This document shows, in pieces, positions 14,192 through 28,134 of a DNA stretch of 64,000 bases (its first letter is position 1; each line of letters begins with the position of its first letter). This DNA is from Epiperipatus broadwayi (Eukaryota > Animalia > Onychophora), in NCBI GenBank assembly GCA_028023455.1, contig JAQFVV010000009.1, positions 14,632,001 to 14,696,000 of the forward strand, written 5' to 3'. Both the position numbers and the translations under genes were made by a program. The notes beneath the pieces were generated by a model, which saw only the letters and a list, made by a program, of their open reading frames with translations, did not search any database and was not told the origin of the DNA.

Positions 14192-14396
14192 AATTATAGG
14201 GGGTTTGAACATAGACCTTCAAGCTCCTTTCAGCTATCCACTCTATCTGGTAAAACTAATACACATGATCACACACATGTGAAAAATAAATGGTCTCCAA
14301 TATACATATTTAATGCTGAACCAATACTTATCAGTTGATTCAAATCATCATCTCCACACACACACATACACACATATATATATATATATATATCTC

Positions 14397-14431
<35 letters not shown>

Positions 14432-14721
14432 GTAATCAGTACTCAGTTTATGTTAAGATAAAAAATATTCAAACTTTAATTGACACTAGTTCACCCTCCA
14501 GTTCTTTATCCATCCATACCCCTGAACCCCACACTGATTTTATATATTCATGAGAGATAATGATCTGGACCGATTGATGAGTGCTAGTTCAGCATGAAAT
14601 ATGTATATTGGAGATCATTTATCTTTTTTACATATGTGTTTACATGTGTACTGGTTGAAAGAAATAAAGTGAATAGCTGAAAGGAGCTTAAAAATCTGTG
14701 TTCAAATCCTACTTGTATTCA
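14192..14721 (+). mobile_element. HHR-bearing fold-back element family 1, copy A (Penelope-like, non-autonomous)
   Basis: Inverted arms of ~170 bp. TSD AATTTATTAATGT at 14179-14191 and 14722-14734. Central (CA)/(TA) microsatellite. HHR relics at 14292-14346 (-) and 14562-14616 (+). Confidence 0.85.
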
Positions 14722-16748
14722 AATTTATTAATGTTAAATAATTTTTAAAAATCTCCAAAACTTCTTTTTTTTCATTAAACAAAAATTACATTTAGTATAT
14801 TTTGTAAAGTATTTTACAAATACCAAAACAAGTAATTTTGAACTAGACACTTTAAAAAGGTAATTTATATTTTGTTTGTTTACTTATTTGGCTTTCATAT
14901 ATAATTTTTGCATTAAAATGAATTTAGATTCATTAACTCATATGGACGTTTTGAGGTCACATTTTGATTATTTTTCATTCTGTTCTAGAGAAATAAAGTC
15001 TACAATTAGCCACCACAAAAAAGTTTCCAATTGAATCTAGTAGCTATTAAAGCTTATCCAATGGGTAATCTATGAATATTCTATTTGTATTTAATAAATA
15101 AAATATTTATTACATATATTTTTTTTCTATGTCAGCAATCTATCTAAATATAAACTATTTCTAACCAATAACAGTTCTTGAAGAAATTAAAATGAGCATT
15201 ATTAATAATTTCATATACAATCAACAGCTGTTAATCATATTCTCAACTAATTATCATTAACTATAGAATTGTGGCCTGATTGTATTCAATCAAAATTCAG
15301 AATCATTATTACTAATATAGGTAATCATTATCAATAGTTATTGCCATAACTTGATTCCATCAGTGATTGAAACTTTATTACATATAGTACTCCATACCAC
15401 TTAAATAAGACCAACATCCTTGTTATATTTAGATTCAATGGCAGAAGCCACTCACAAATGAGAATGACTATCCAACTTTACCAGATATGAAAAAGCAAAG
15501 CAAAATAACAATACTAATACAACTTTGCAATGGCTATACAAACTAATCTGTGAACCATAAATTTATTCACATGTAGAATATTCTGTTTATTTGATATTTT
15601 TTGATGCTGTCTTTTAATTTTTTAATCTTGAAAATATGATACTAAATGCCATCAAAATTAATTACACACTAGGATCAATCATGGTGTAACTTGGTCACAT
15701 CCTGGTAACCCAATACCATTATGCAACTATTAGCAACTTTTTTTTCGTGATATTTACTTCATTCTTCAACATTGCATAAGATAACATAAAGTTGTTATGT
15801 TGCAAGTAATACTTCACATTTGATTTGTAAATTTAACTTTATTCTCTTTGTATTGCTGTGGAATACTACATAGACCTTTTAAGGTAGTGCAGATTACTTT
15901 CCTATTTAACACAGCACTGAATCTAACAATTGATAGATAATCAAAGCTTTATTCTATATTTAAATAGTTTTTTTTTTACCGCTGTATGTTATTTACAATA
16001 ATGTATTTTTATTTTAAAATTACTTTGCTTGCTAGTGATTTATTTTGTGATTGCAATTTCATGGGGAGAGAGGTTATTATTATTTTTATTACTATTTTAA
16101 TTTTTCTCATGCACTTTTTGGCTAATTTATACCTTTAAAAACATAATTTGTTATAAAGTATGTGGCAGTTATGAATAATATTAGGCTTAGATGAGATTTA
16201 AGTAATCAATCTATTTTTAAAAAATAGAGATAATTTAAGTAATTTATTTTTAAAACAAACGTTTTGGAATCAATTAGATTTCACAAACGGTTTTGTAGTC
16301 ATCAGAAAATTCATTTAAATAAAAATATCTTTAATAACTTCGGCTTAAAATTAGTATCATTTGAGAATCATTCAGATGCTATAAAATTTTCTGCTAATTA
16401 AAGTTTTATATTGGACAAGCAAACAATAAATATATATTTATTTATTTAAAATCAATTAGATAATTAAAAAAAGTATCAAAAGCCATTATGTAAATTGAAA
16501 TATTAAATTAGAATTTGTTAATGTAGGATAATAAAAAATATGATACATTATTTTTATTTTTCATTAAACAATTATTTAAACCAATGTAAGTCTTTAAAAG
16601 GTTTTGATTAAAAAGATCATAATAAACAATTAAGTTGTATTAATATTAAGGCCAGACGATCTTTATATATTAATCCACGGAGAACAATAATAATTCTAAA
16701 GATTTTCAAATATATATTTAATAACATATGACTTTCAAATATATTTAA

Positions 16749-18040
16749 GTGATGTAATGTGATGCACTGTGGCTTCTCCTTTCTCAGAGACAGGAATCTC
16801 TTAGCCACTATGCCCAGAGAAACTTGTTAGCCAATTTACCTTCCCTTTCCATTCCCCACCCTAAGTTTTTTCCATATTTTTCTCTATCCTGCTCCATCTC
16901 ATTTCTACAACATAAACTTTGTCAATTCTATGGCCTTTATATCTAAACCCCCTTATCTTTTCCTAAACCCAACATAAAAAACAAGAACCCACTTTCTATA
17001 TAATCACTTTGTTTATATTTATTCTCCCATAACTTCATTATTGTACTCTTTCTGCTTGTAGGCATTTACATCCAATTAATAGCCTAATATTTTCTATGCC
17101 TTTCTTACATATTTTTCTGATTAAATGACCCATATTTTTTCATTTATGTGTATATTCCCTTGTTGCTAACGATGTTTGAGTCTTGAACAGTGAACTCCTT
17201 TTCTTGTTATTATCATAAATTAACTCCCACCCAATATTTTGTTTACTTCTATATATATTTAAACTCTTTTTACTCTCATACTAGTTATCTATCTATCCAA
17301 TTCCCTATTTTTTATTAATGCATTTATTCTTCTATTCCATTCTTTGCCATTATAATATCCAACAATTCTCATAACAAAATCATCCCATCTTTGTATAAGT
17401 ATACTGGCATAAAGTCTTTATCCAAATCTTCTGCATACCATACTATCTTTCTCACCCATCTTGTTGCCTGTCCTTTACACATAACCCAATCAAATACTAA
17501 TCTGGCTATTTTCCTATTATCCATAAATTGCAATCTATGGAACATTTTCATTTTGCTTTTTCCATCACTCATAAAAACTTGACTATCCCATCTCTTCTTG
17601 AATTGCCTCCTTTGCTGTCACATGTCTGCATCTAAAGCATGTCTTCCTATTTCTCTTTGTACATTTTCTAAATAATCTAACATTCCTTTACTAACACATA
17701 ACACATCATTACCATAAATTAATCCTGCTACTTCCATTCCCTTTCATACAATTCTAGCTACATCATATTTATTATTATCAGTTCTTTTTTTTTCTTTGCT
17801 TCATATATCAATTTTTTTTTCATTCATCCAAGCAACTTCACTGATTATTTAAGATGATTCCCAAATAGTTATACCTATTCACTACATTTAACTTTATATA
17901 CCCCAATAAAAAATATTTCTCTTTTTCCCTGGCATTTATCACCATTACTTTTGATTTTTCTTCACTAAATTGAATCCTCATTTTTTACTCATCCTTCCAC
18001 ATCTTCAGCATAAGGTCCTCAGTTATTGCCTGATATACTG
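16749..18040 (-). mobile_element. decayed LINE 3' half (clade uncertain)
   Basis: Minus strand encodes LYAEDV, KSKVMV, YNYLGIIL, GLIYGNDVLC, QREIGRHAL, AIQEEMG and the ORF-track 17369-17572 fragment. Ends in a CATCAC-type tail. Confidence 0.75.
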
Positions 18041-20032
18041 CAACTAAAGACTTATGGCTTTGCATGGAATGCATCAACATTTCTTTATTCATGTTATGTA
18101 GTGAAATGGAAAGTTATAAGTATATTTCAAATAATTAATAGTTTTATAAATTAGATTTATTAGTATTAATTAATTATCATGATTGCAAAATAATAATGTG
18201 TTAATAAAATATTATTCTAAACAAAGGTTGTGTTTTATGGGAATTAAAAAATAAATAATAATATATACATATACACTCATATATATATATATATATATGC
18301 CAATTGAACTTTTAAAAAGTAAGTTTGGCAACTTTCAAGTTTCTTTTAATAACACATATAATAATAAAACAATAGCTACTAGTGTGAACTTTTTGTTTTT
18401 ACTTTTTTTTAAACTAATATATTTTTAGTGATCATAATTATAATATAAATAATAAAAAAGTATTATTAAATTTGTTTTAAAATAAACTTAATTTAAAAAA
18501 AATTGGGTAGGAAAAGATTTTAAGAAAGTTTAATATATACACTTAATTCTCTTTTTACATAGTAGATTTTATTCCCAAAAATTACAAGTAAAAAAAAAAA
18601 TTCATGTAAAAAATACATTGTATGTATAGAAAATATGGAGATTGGTTCTGGACCTAGGAAATCAATGAAAATAATTAAATAAATCATATGAAAAGTTTTA
18701 TTAGAATGTTACATTTTTTGTGTATTATCAAATTTTACCTCATACACATTGAACATAAATAAAAAAATAAGTTATAGGAATATAAATTTCATTTGAAAAA
18801 TATAAAAAACTTGGAAGTGATAATTCTTACAATGAAACACTCATTGGTTTCTTAACATGAGCCATTAAAAACTTTAAAGTTCAAAGCATATTGATTATTA
18901 ACGTAATTTATTACTTATATTTCATTTAACTTTTTTTTTAATTTAACAACTAACACATTTGAAAAGATAAATTGTAGGTCCCTGGATCTGTACATTTATT
19001 AAAAATATGGGCTTTCTGTCCATAAAACAGGAAAGTGTCCAAGATTTTATCCATTGTCACTGTCTGACAATAAATGCATGTGTTTACACATGATTGGAAT
19101 ACCATTGCTATCACTAAAGTTTGCAATGTATAACTTATTATCTATTGATTTTTGGAAAAATTAATAAATATAAATTAAAACAAATGAATCAATTAAATTT
19201 AAATAAAATTACATTTTTTTAACATCAGTACCAAAAATGTGAAAATGCAAACAAAGCATCAATATCAAAAACATACTTCACTTTCAAAACAAAATGACAA
19301 AACTTTACAATGCAGACAAACAAATTTCTCTGTTTGCAGGAATATTCCCGAATAGAGGATTTTTATTTTTAAAATAATGAGAAATAAAGAGATGAACCTT
19401 TTTTTTTAATTAAGTGATAATAACAGACTTTTTTTTTTTTAGTTTTGCGATGTAATTGTGATGAACTCAACCTCAGAAACAAATCTGTAAATAAATACTG
19501 AATTAAAAACATTTACAATCTTCTAAAAAGGAAAATATTTTTTATATTACTTGTATGAAATTATTTAGCATTAAAAAAAGTTTAATAACAATTTAAGACA
19601 ATCTAAGGATTACTTTGAAATGTAAGATGATTTTTTTAGTCTTCCAAACAATAATGTTCATTTCTTCATTTCAATCATGAATATAGTGCAGCAGCTCTAA
19701 TCCCAAACAACTTGTGTTTTGTGTTATTCCAAAATCATGCAAAAAAAAATTGTGAAAAAAAAAAAAAGATATATATTTATTTTTTTAAAAAGAAACCATT
19801 AGTTTGTAATTTGAACAGATATTAGTAAAAATATTTAAGTGATACATTTCTTATAATTATTTTTAATTTTAATTATTTTTTAGGAAATTCCAATTTATTT
19901 TGGAATGATATTTCTAAATAAATTCACCAATAATGAATAATTTGGGAGGGCATTTGAATGGTCTATATGTCAATATTTATATTGCAATTTTGTGATAATT
20001 ATGTTCAAATGATTGGTAAAGATTATATATTT

Positions 20033-20132
20033 GGTCAAACATTGGTGGTCTAGTGGTTAGCATACCTGCCTTCCAAGCAGCTGGCTCAGATATGCTTCCC
20101 AGTCAACGCATTTGACATATGAAAGAAAAAAG
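20033..20132 (+). mobile_element. tRNA-Gly(TCC)-derived retroposed SINE/pseudogene
   Basis: 20039-20110 aligns to tRNA-Gly(TCC) (TTGGTGGT.TAGTGGTTAGCATA.CTGCCTTCCAAGCAG...CAACGCA) with a broken B box. Trailer TTTGACATATG plus A-rich tail. TSD AGATTATATATTT at 20020-20032 and 20133-20145. Confidence 0.85.
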
Positions 20133-20336
20133 AGATTATATATTTAAGTTTTCATTTCTATTAATAGATATCTTAAGTTATCAACAAAATATAGTTCAAA
20201 TATTAAAATGCAGAACTCACTTTTCACAAAGTGGCAAACTTGAACACATTTTATTTGTGAAGCAGAAGTAATTGTAATAGCAATTTTTTGTTTTCAAGTT
20301 ATTTTTGATAATTTTAAAAATGTTTTATTTAATAAA

Positions 20337-21322
20337 TACACCTGTGTCTCGTTTTATGCAGATTATTTTAATGCGATTTTGAAGTTATGCGATTCATGTT
20401 TTTTCTTAATATCTTTCATATTTCACTATATTTTTTAGATATCAAAAAATTTAGATTATTAATAACTTATTTTCACTTGAATTTTTTTTTTTTTTTTAAA
20501 TATAATGTTATATTAGCAGCTAACGTGAATATGGCCTGAAGCTGTATTTAGAATTTTAGTTTCTATGTAAGTAACCTATTTATACTAATGAGTAAATAAT
20601 AATAATAGATGTATACTTACATATAAAAATATTGCAATAATATTACAATAAATATTCAAAAAAAATTAAACTTTTAAAATGTATATTTTGTTATATATAA
20701 CAAAAATAAATTATCTTTTAGATTTTTAAAATAAAAAACGAAGATTTTATAAACTGAAAATAATCTTTCTAATGATAATGTATAATCTTTTTCTTTTGAT
20801 TTCAATCTCATTTTTTTAATACAGAAACAGAAAACCATTAACACAGCATAAGACTGAAAGTGGTGCTAATTGTACATCATATCATGAATAAAAATAAAGT
20901 GGCTAACAGGTTTCTCTGGGCATAATTGCTGAGAGATTCTTGACTTCGTTTAAGGAGAAACTACAATACATCCCATCACATTGAATCTGATTTCTTTCCA
21001 GTTTACAAACAAACGCTAGCAGTAATGATTAAAATATGTATGAAAAATGTAAAATTAAATATTGTAGTTAATAAAAAAAGTTTGTCTTGTATTAATTTTT
21101 TTCAAATATTTGAAATTTTTTATTAGTCATACTTTATTTGCTTATTTTTTTAATGTGAATTTTAAAGTAATTTTTCTTTGTTGCTTTGCATTTATATGAA
21201 TTCTGAAAATTACAGACCCTATCCCCCATTTTTCAAGGTAAGTTAAGTCTATTTTTGTGCATTTTTCTTAATGTGGGTTTTCTGTGGAACCTATCTATCA
21301 CATAAAATGAGACCCAGGTATA
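20337..21322. mobile_element. Tigger/pogo-like MITE containing a LINE-tail fragment
   Basis: Imperfect TIRs TACACCTGTGTCTCGTTTTATGC (20337) and CACATAAAATGAGACCCAGGTATA (to 21322), with TA flanks. Confidence 0.55.
20900..20982 (+). mobile_element. isolated 3' terminus of the 16.7-18.0 kb LINE family
   Basis: TGGCTAACAGGTTTCTCTGGGCATAATTGCTGAGAGATTC...CATCCCATCACATT matches the reverse complement of ~16750-16835. Confidence 0.8.
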
Positions 21323-24300
21323 TAAAAAATATTTTTTATAATTACATATTTTTAGGAAGACTTAAATTTATATAACTGGAAAAGAAGAAAAAATATTATG
21401 TTACTTTAAATGTTAATGGTAAACTTTTTTATTTTTTTAAATCAAATAAAATATCACCATCAAAAGTTAAACTAATTAATAATCAAATGATTCTTAGAAC
21501 TTTCTGTCAAATATTGTTTCAGATGATGAATTTACATCTTTTAAGATATGAGAACCATAATTTACTATTTTCATCACAATTCTAAAAAAGAATAGACATT
21601 CATACACATAATAATTTTCTCAGCTTATTTTTACCATATGTTAAGGGTAAATTTTAAAAATCACATGATGTTTTGTTAGTGTTTACATTCCTAGTCAAAA
21701 AATAGAATGGGGTTAGAGTTGGTATGAAAATAAAATCACTAAAATGTATAGTTACTGATCTGGTATCAGATCTATATAATTATAAAAATTAATTGGTTTA
21801 AATTTAAAACCTTAGGGATTTTATATTAAGATTATTAGTATGAATAGTGTAAAGAAATAAATGGTGGCTTCTAGATGTATAAATAGATCAGTTCAATTAT
21901 TGACTTTCAAATCTTCACTGGTGAATTGCAAAAGTCATTATTTTATCTGGGAATATGGATATTATTGCATTAACATATGATGTCCAAAAATTCAAACTTG
22001 TATAATAGATTGTTTTAGAGCAGGATAAAGAGAACTGTACATGGAATATAAGTTATAACTATGAGACATCTAACAAAAAAAGTTATAGTGATTTCTTGAT
22101 CTTATTCTCAGGGGCAAAAGCTCACAAGCTCATTATATTGGATCATATTTGTAGGTGAATGGCTCACCTATATTCATCTGCTATATGAAGAATTAGACAG
22201 TAATAATAATGTGTGGTTGAACATTAAGAATTTTCCACAAGACTCATGAAATCTAAGAATCTTTTTTTACTTAATAAAATTCTTTTAGTAATCATAAGTC
22301 CAGTATTGGAACATAAGACTATTTATAAAAATATTCTAGAAAATGTGATGGATAATTAAAAAAGAATATCTAATAACTGAAAAATTTTGAAATAAAATCA
22401 AAACTTTATTCTTTGAAAGATGATTAAAATAATAATATATAATTTTTTAGTTTTAAATACTTTACTTTAGATTATTGATTATAATAGTGTATAAATTTAA
22501 AACAATTTTAGTATATATAGCTTTAAGATAAATACATAAGTGAAATAATAAATATAATCTTTCTAAAGGTAGATGTAATTTTTTTCCCAAGTTTCCATCA
22601 TTACAATTGCTAATTTTACTTTTATCATATTGTAGCTTTTTTTATGTTTAATATTATCTTATAATTTTGTTTTCCTGTTTTTTTTTCTTGATTGTTTTAA
22701 AGACTTTTTCCGGAATTGTCTTAACACAGAATTAATTCATAACTATTTTTCTCTTTTTAAATAAAAAATATGTTAAATGCCAGACTTAGAGTTTGATATT
22801 TTTGGAAAGGGGGGTATTGTTTTGTAGATTATTGAAATTAAAAACAGACCTTAATAAATATTTTGTTAGAAATAAAGATTTACATGGAATAGAAAAGAAA
22901 ACAAAAATGTTTAAAAGTACATTGAAAAAAATATGTAGCTAAAAATTAAATTATTAAAGAATGCAGTTTACATGAGAGATATTCAGGAAGTTAAAAAATA
23001 GATAATATTACTCTTTTATGTGTTTTTAAATAAAAATGATTAATATATTAAAAGCAACTGAATAAGATGAAAAAATAAAATTGGAAAGGTAATATTTTAG
23101 TATATAACCCTTGAAGAAAAATTTTGAATTTTTGTACAAAGTAATGTATAGAACTTTTTTTTTTTTTTTGGAAAGCTATGTGTTTAGATATACATAGTTA
23201 TATAATATTTGAAATTAACTTAATATTTGTGACAAACTTCTATATTAATAAATGATACACAGAAACAGATAGCTGCTCTTTTCTTGTTAATTTTTGTCTT
23301 ATGTTGGGTTAGAGAGTTTTTAAAAATATTTATTGTACAATGGTATGAATCTTAATCTCATATATATATATATATTAAAGCACTGAAAATATTCTATAAT
23401 CTTATATATAAAACCTATAATGTTTGTCTGTATTGCTTTCATATGATATTCAAGTTAAACATTTTTTTAACAGAGGGTATATTTTTCAAGGAAAAAAAAA
23501 ATTGTTCTGCCATTAATAAACTATAATACTTTTTGTGAAATATTTTATGCAAAGGTAGTAATTTGTTAGCAACTGATTTTTTTTTAAAAAAAAAACTATT
23601 ACAAAAATGGTGGCTTTTCATAGGTCATAGTACATTTCTGGATTCTAAAAAAATATGATATTGGAATAAAAAAATTTGAAGAAAAACTGTAAAAACATCA
23701 GTACATGTGTTTTTTACTACAGTACAGAACTGAATATGTATAGTATTTAAATTGTGAAGAAAATATAATTAGAGAACATAAATACATGTTTGAAATGTGA
23801 TAATTAGTGAGAGGAAAAAAATAGGTGCTATAGTATCATATTTACATTTAGTTTTGATTAATGTATAATTAAAGCCAGTAATTTGCTATCCCATAGTTTG
23901 CAGCTCTACTGTAATACTATGCATGATTGAAATCTGTAGCAACCAATTAAGAAAAACTATGGGCTTCCCATAGACCAAGTACATATGCTGGTATATATAA
24001 AGAACAGTAATGAGGAGATAATATTTATGTAAATAGAGATAATCTTTAACCTTTCATGTTACCAAGAAATTATCAATTACTAATAAATGATAATGCATGA
24101 AGTTAAACCAGTTTAACTTTTTTTAAGTAAATCTGAAACATAAGATCCTTGTCTGGTATTTCCACTGCTCAAACATCTTATTAATTCCAAGTAATAAAGC
24201 CATTTAATTATTACTATTAAATGTTATGTAATCATTGGATCGCATAGTAGTAGAAGTGATTGAGTCAAATTCATACAATATTAAGAAGTTATACCATTGC

Positions 24301-24885
24301 TTGTTACTATGGAATGATAGTAATTAATATTAATAATAGCTTATGCATTGTCCCCCATGGAAGCAATTATAATTTTACATCCATAAAATAATACAGTATA
24401 AAGTTATGTAACAGTGGCATGGCAGTCATGCAAAGATATTTGTAAAAGCTTATGCAATTTTTTCCATGTCCTGAATAATTTTACTCTGTGCAGCAAATTT
24501 TCCATTGCCATTCAAGTATTATTGAAAATATTTTTATTAAAGTTGTCATTTATTAGTAAGGTAAGAATAGCATTTCAGTTTGCTCTTTTTTTCATATTGT
24601 GTGTATTTTTATTATATATATTAGATTCATTTTAATTTGTTGCATAATTGACTCAAATAATTTGGATCTCTGAGTTTTTTGATAAAAAAAAACAATAATA
24701 AAGACAAAAAAGCAAAAATCAGAAGTGATAAATTTCAATACCAAAATTAAACCTATATTTGGTATTTCAATATTAGCTATTACGATAATAACAAAACACA
24801 CTTTGGCTAATTGGGTATAAAGAAATAAGCAAATTTTGTCGGCCACGATTTTTTTAAAATATATTAATGATTTAAATAATTTATT

Positions 24886-24890
<5 letters not shown>

Positions 24891-24973
<83 letters not shown>
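24891..24973. repeat. (CT)n microsatellite
   Basis: Directly visible; it produces the RERERE and SLSLSL ORFs in the track. Confidence 0.98.
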
Positions 24974-25061
24974 ATCTCATTCTACATCACTGCATGCAGA
25001 GCACTTTTTATTTCATCAATTAAACACTCGTCACTCACTTACTAATTGTGGTAATCTCACC

Positions 25062-25166
25062 TTATTGTTAATTAATTTTTGTATGCATTTAAACTTCATA
25101 AAATATTTACAAAAATTTGCAATAAGATATTTAATCTTTGGGATGACATACCGGCCAAAACGCATA
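25062..25166 (-). CDS. candidate first coding exon (MRFGRYVIPKIKYLIANFCKYFMKFKCIQKLINNK), unknown product
   Basis: Open frame from an ATG to an AAG|GTGAGA donor, preceded by an intron-like GTAAGG...pyrimidine tract...AG. No homology recognised and no downstream exon found. Confidence 0.25.
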
Positions 25167-27169
25167 ACAACTATGACTCGAATATGAATAAAGGCAATAA
25201 AAAAATTCATTAAAAGCATAACATGCAATGTAAACCTTACATTTTATCAAAACCTGCAAAAAATAAAAAAGCTTGTAATTATTAATAAAACTATTAACAA
25301 CATTACACTAAAATAGTGACAAAACATAAAGGAGATTAAACCACACATTGCTTAAAAAATATATACTATTAGTAAAATGCCGGAAATATTTTTTTAAAAT
25401 ATGATTTTTCTGGCTTAAATTTATTAGCACACATATATGTATCTTTTATTTTTAAATAATGCAGACGAATCTTAGTATTCTGATTATCAAAAGTATTAAA
25501 TCAATATTTATAATCTAAAAATAGCTTTAATAAAGAAGCAAATCCTGAACAAACTTTCGCTACAAAATTGAAATAATATTTGAACTGGTTTTATAAATGT
25601 TTATTTAATATATATACAATATGTGCGTGTGTGCGTGTAAGTCCCTGCTATGCTAGTATTTGAAAGAAAACATGAAAGAAAATATCACATGATATAAATC
25701 AATAAATGTCTACGCTTTAAAACTTTACAATTAAATAAAACTACATTTCAAAGTTTATTCACAAATTTTTAAATATTTATCTTCTTTTTTTTTTTAAGTT
25801 TTGTTCCCAGGGATTTATTTAAAAAAGAGAGAGAAAAAAAATAATTAGTTGAAATATTTTTTATCAGCTAATAGCTGGGTATAGGTTTCAAAACAGGAGG
25901 AAAGATGTATTTTTATAAAGAAATTGAAATGAATGAAATATTCCAAGAGAAAATGGAATTAACCTTATTTTATTTAAATATTTCTTGAAATCCAAGTCAA
26001 TATGGAAATGATTTAAATGAATAAAGTCAGCGTTATTAATGAAGCTTTTTAGTAAAAGTTTTTAACTCATTATTATTATTATTATTTAGAGTGTTAGTAA
26101 AATTTAAATACATTAATCCTTTGCTGATGGAATTTTACTGTTTTTGTTTACACTAAGTGAATTTGAAAATAAAGATGAGACTAAAATAAAATTTACTAAT
26201 TTTAGATATATAAAGTAACTAAGAGATTATTCAACAGATTATAAAATTTATTAGTTAGTAAAAAATTATTTTGAATTTGTAGCCTTATTACTTAAGATTT
26301 ATGGATCATATTCGAAGTAAATTGAAAGTTTGGTTGTAACATTTGAACCTTTGCAATAGCTATGTGTCCTCTAGTTGTTCAGTTCCCATCACATCTTCTA
26401 TAATATAAACAATTTCAATATCCTGTAGGGTTTAACACAATGATATAGATACCTGGATAGATTCTTAGACGGAAAGACAAAACTAATAAAGAGAATTCGG
26501 TGCTTTTCTGAAAATTTACCATGAAATTTTAATGGTAGTTATAACATCTGAAAAAGAGAGAATAATAATCCCACTTAAAATGTTATTATATACTAACTTG
26601 TGTGCTATCATTAATAGTTGAATGTGTTTGGAAAGTTTAAATAAAGATTGAAACTTTCAAAATACCTTCAATATTATATTATGAAAATAGTTCAATGCAT
26701 AATTACTACTAAAAAGAATTCAGTTTGGTCAATTGAATAAACACACTGAGCTCCTTCAACTTTGATATGAAAACATCACATTATTTTTGGGGCAACAAAT
26801 TATTTTTAATAATTTTAGTCAATGAATATCTAAGTGCTGTAATTATATTTTTTTAATGAAGACAACTGTTTTTATAACATTTATCTTTATTCTAAGATGC
26901 ATATGAGTGCAGTAAAAAATACATGATTAATTAAGCATTTTGCTTGAAAAAAATTATTTTTCACTGAATTAAAAAAAAGTAAATTTTTAATAATACAAAG
27001 ATTTCTGTCCAATTACGCACTTCTATGCATTGCATACTTTCTCTAGCAAATAATTATTATTTTTAATTTATTCTTGTTTTCAATGTCAATATTGTAGTTC
27101 TTTCTATATCTGTCACCATCTTTGTATATTTTCACCATCATATTTATATTTTCACTTTTTGTTATAATT

Positions 27170-27720
27170 ATTATATTGTACTGGTGAATACTGTGACCCT
27201 GTTTGGAGGAAAAGTGCCCTCCTAAACTTTTAGATGCTTATATTTAGTGTTATTTATTTTTACTCTTTTGCCATCTTATCCTGGTTCTTTACATACTCCT
27301 TCACTATATTTCAGGAAAGAAGTCATTTCACATTTATAAAAAGTTTCTGAGTAGATCAGACATGCCAATACTGCAAGATATAGTTTACCAACCAGGATGT
27401 CCAATCAAGAATTTCTTCAAATGATCAAAGAATCATAGCACAAAAATGATCTTTGTTACAATATTCTGAACAATTTTTCTTTCTACATCCAGCAATAAAG
27501 TCAAATGCATTTAATATTCCTAGATGTTACTGGAGTATCTGCAACAGATTTAGGACAACCTATAGTCATTGCACTTGTATGCTTCACAAGTGGAACTTAA
27601 CAGCCACTGATCTATGTAGATGTGATCAAATACAAATGAAGAACCATTCAATGGGAGAATTGAAGTAAGTAACAAAGTTACTTGAGAATTTTTATTCTGG
27701 TCATAATTTCTACAATTCTT
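27170..27720 (+). mobile_element. Ingi/Vingi-like LINE 3' fragment
   Basis: GEYCDPVWRKSA at ~27185 and FNIPRCYWSICNRFRTTYSHCTCMLHKWNLTATDLCRCD (ORF 27453). Same family as 10270-12150. Confidence 0.78.
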
Positions 27721-28134
27721 TTATATTTTGTTAACAAGCTGTTTAAAAGAATATATAATATTTAAATATATCATATTTAATGTTTTCATAGTTATACAAT
27801 GTAAATAAAGTAGGGTTTGAATTAAACCATGTGTTATTTTGGATTACTTTCCAATGTTTCAGTGAAATAGCATCCAACATTATCAAAGTTAACTTTTCAA
27901 AAAAAACTGTTAGATCTTAAATATTATTGAGATTGAGTGTGAAGTAAAGAATGAGACTGAGCATGAAATAGTCAATGATTCAGAATATGTGGATTAACAA
28001 AATGTTTATTTTCTTCAATTTGACCAATCAATTTATATGGTGAAACTCCATATTCTGAATCCTAAATTACTTCATACTCAATCACATTCTTTACCTCACA
28101 CCCAATCTCATCTCATTACTATTTGAGAACTAAT

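Larger units (their letters stand above)
24780..26035. promoter_or_regulatory. CpG-retaining patch, candidate divergent promoter
   Basis: About 14 CpGs by eye. ETS-like CCGGAA near 25380. Adjacent GAGA tract. A + strand donor GT|GTAAGT near 25637 and - strand donors/acceptors at 25060-25255. Confidence 0.45.

Noticed and set aside
20039-20110. Functional tRNA-Gly gene
   Set aside because: B box is destroyed, stems are mismatched, and it is flanked by an A tail and a TSD.
23958-23992. Helitron 3' end (CTATGGG/CCCATAG hairpin then CTGG)
   Set aside because: No 5' TC end or second copy; this is likely by chance.
24640-24845. DNA-transposon end (GTCGGCC terminus)
   Set aside because: No partner TIR or TSD found in the window.
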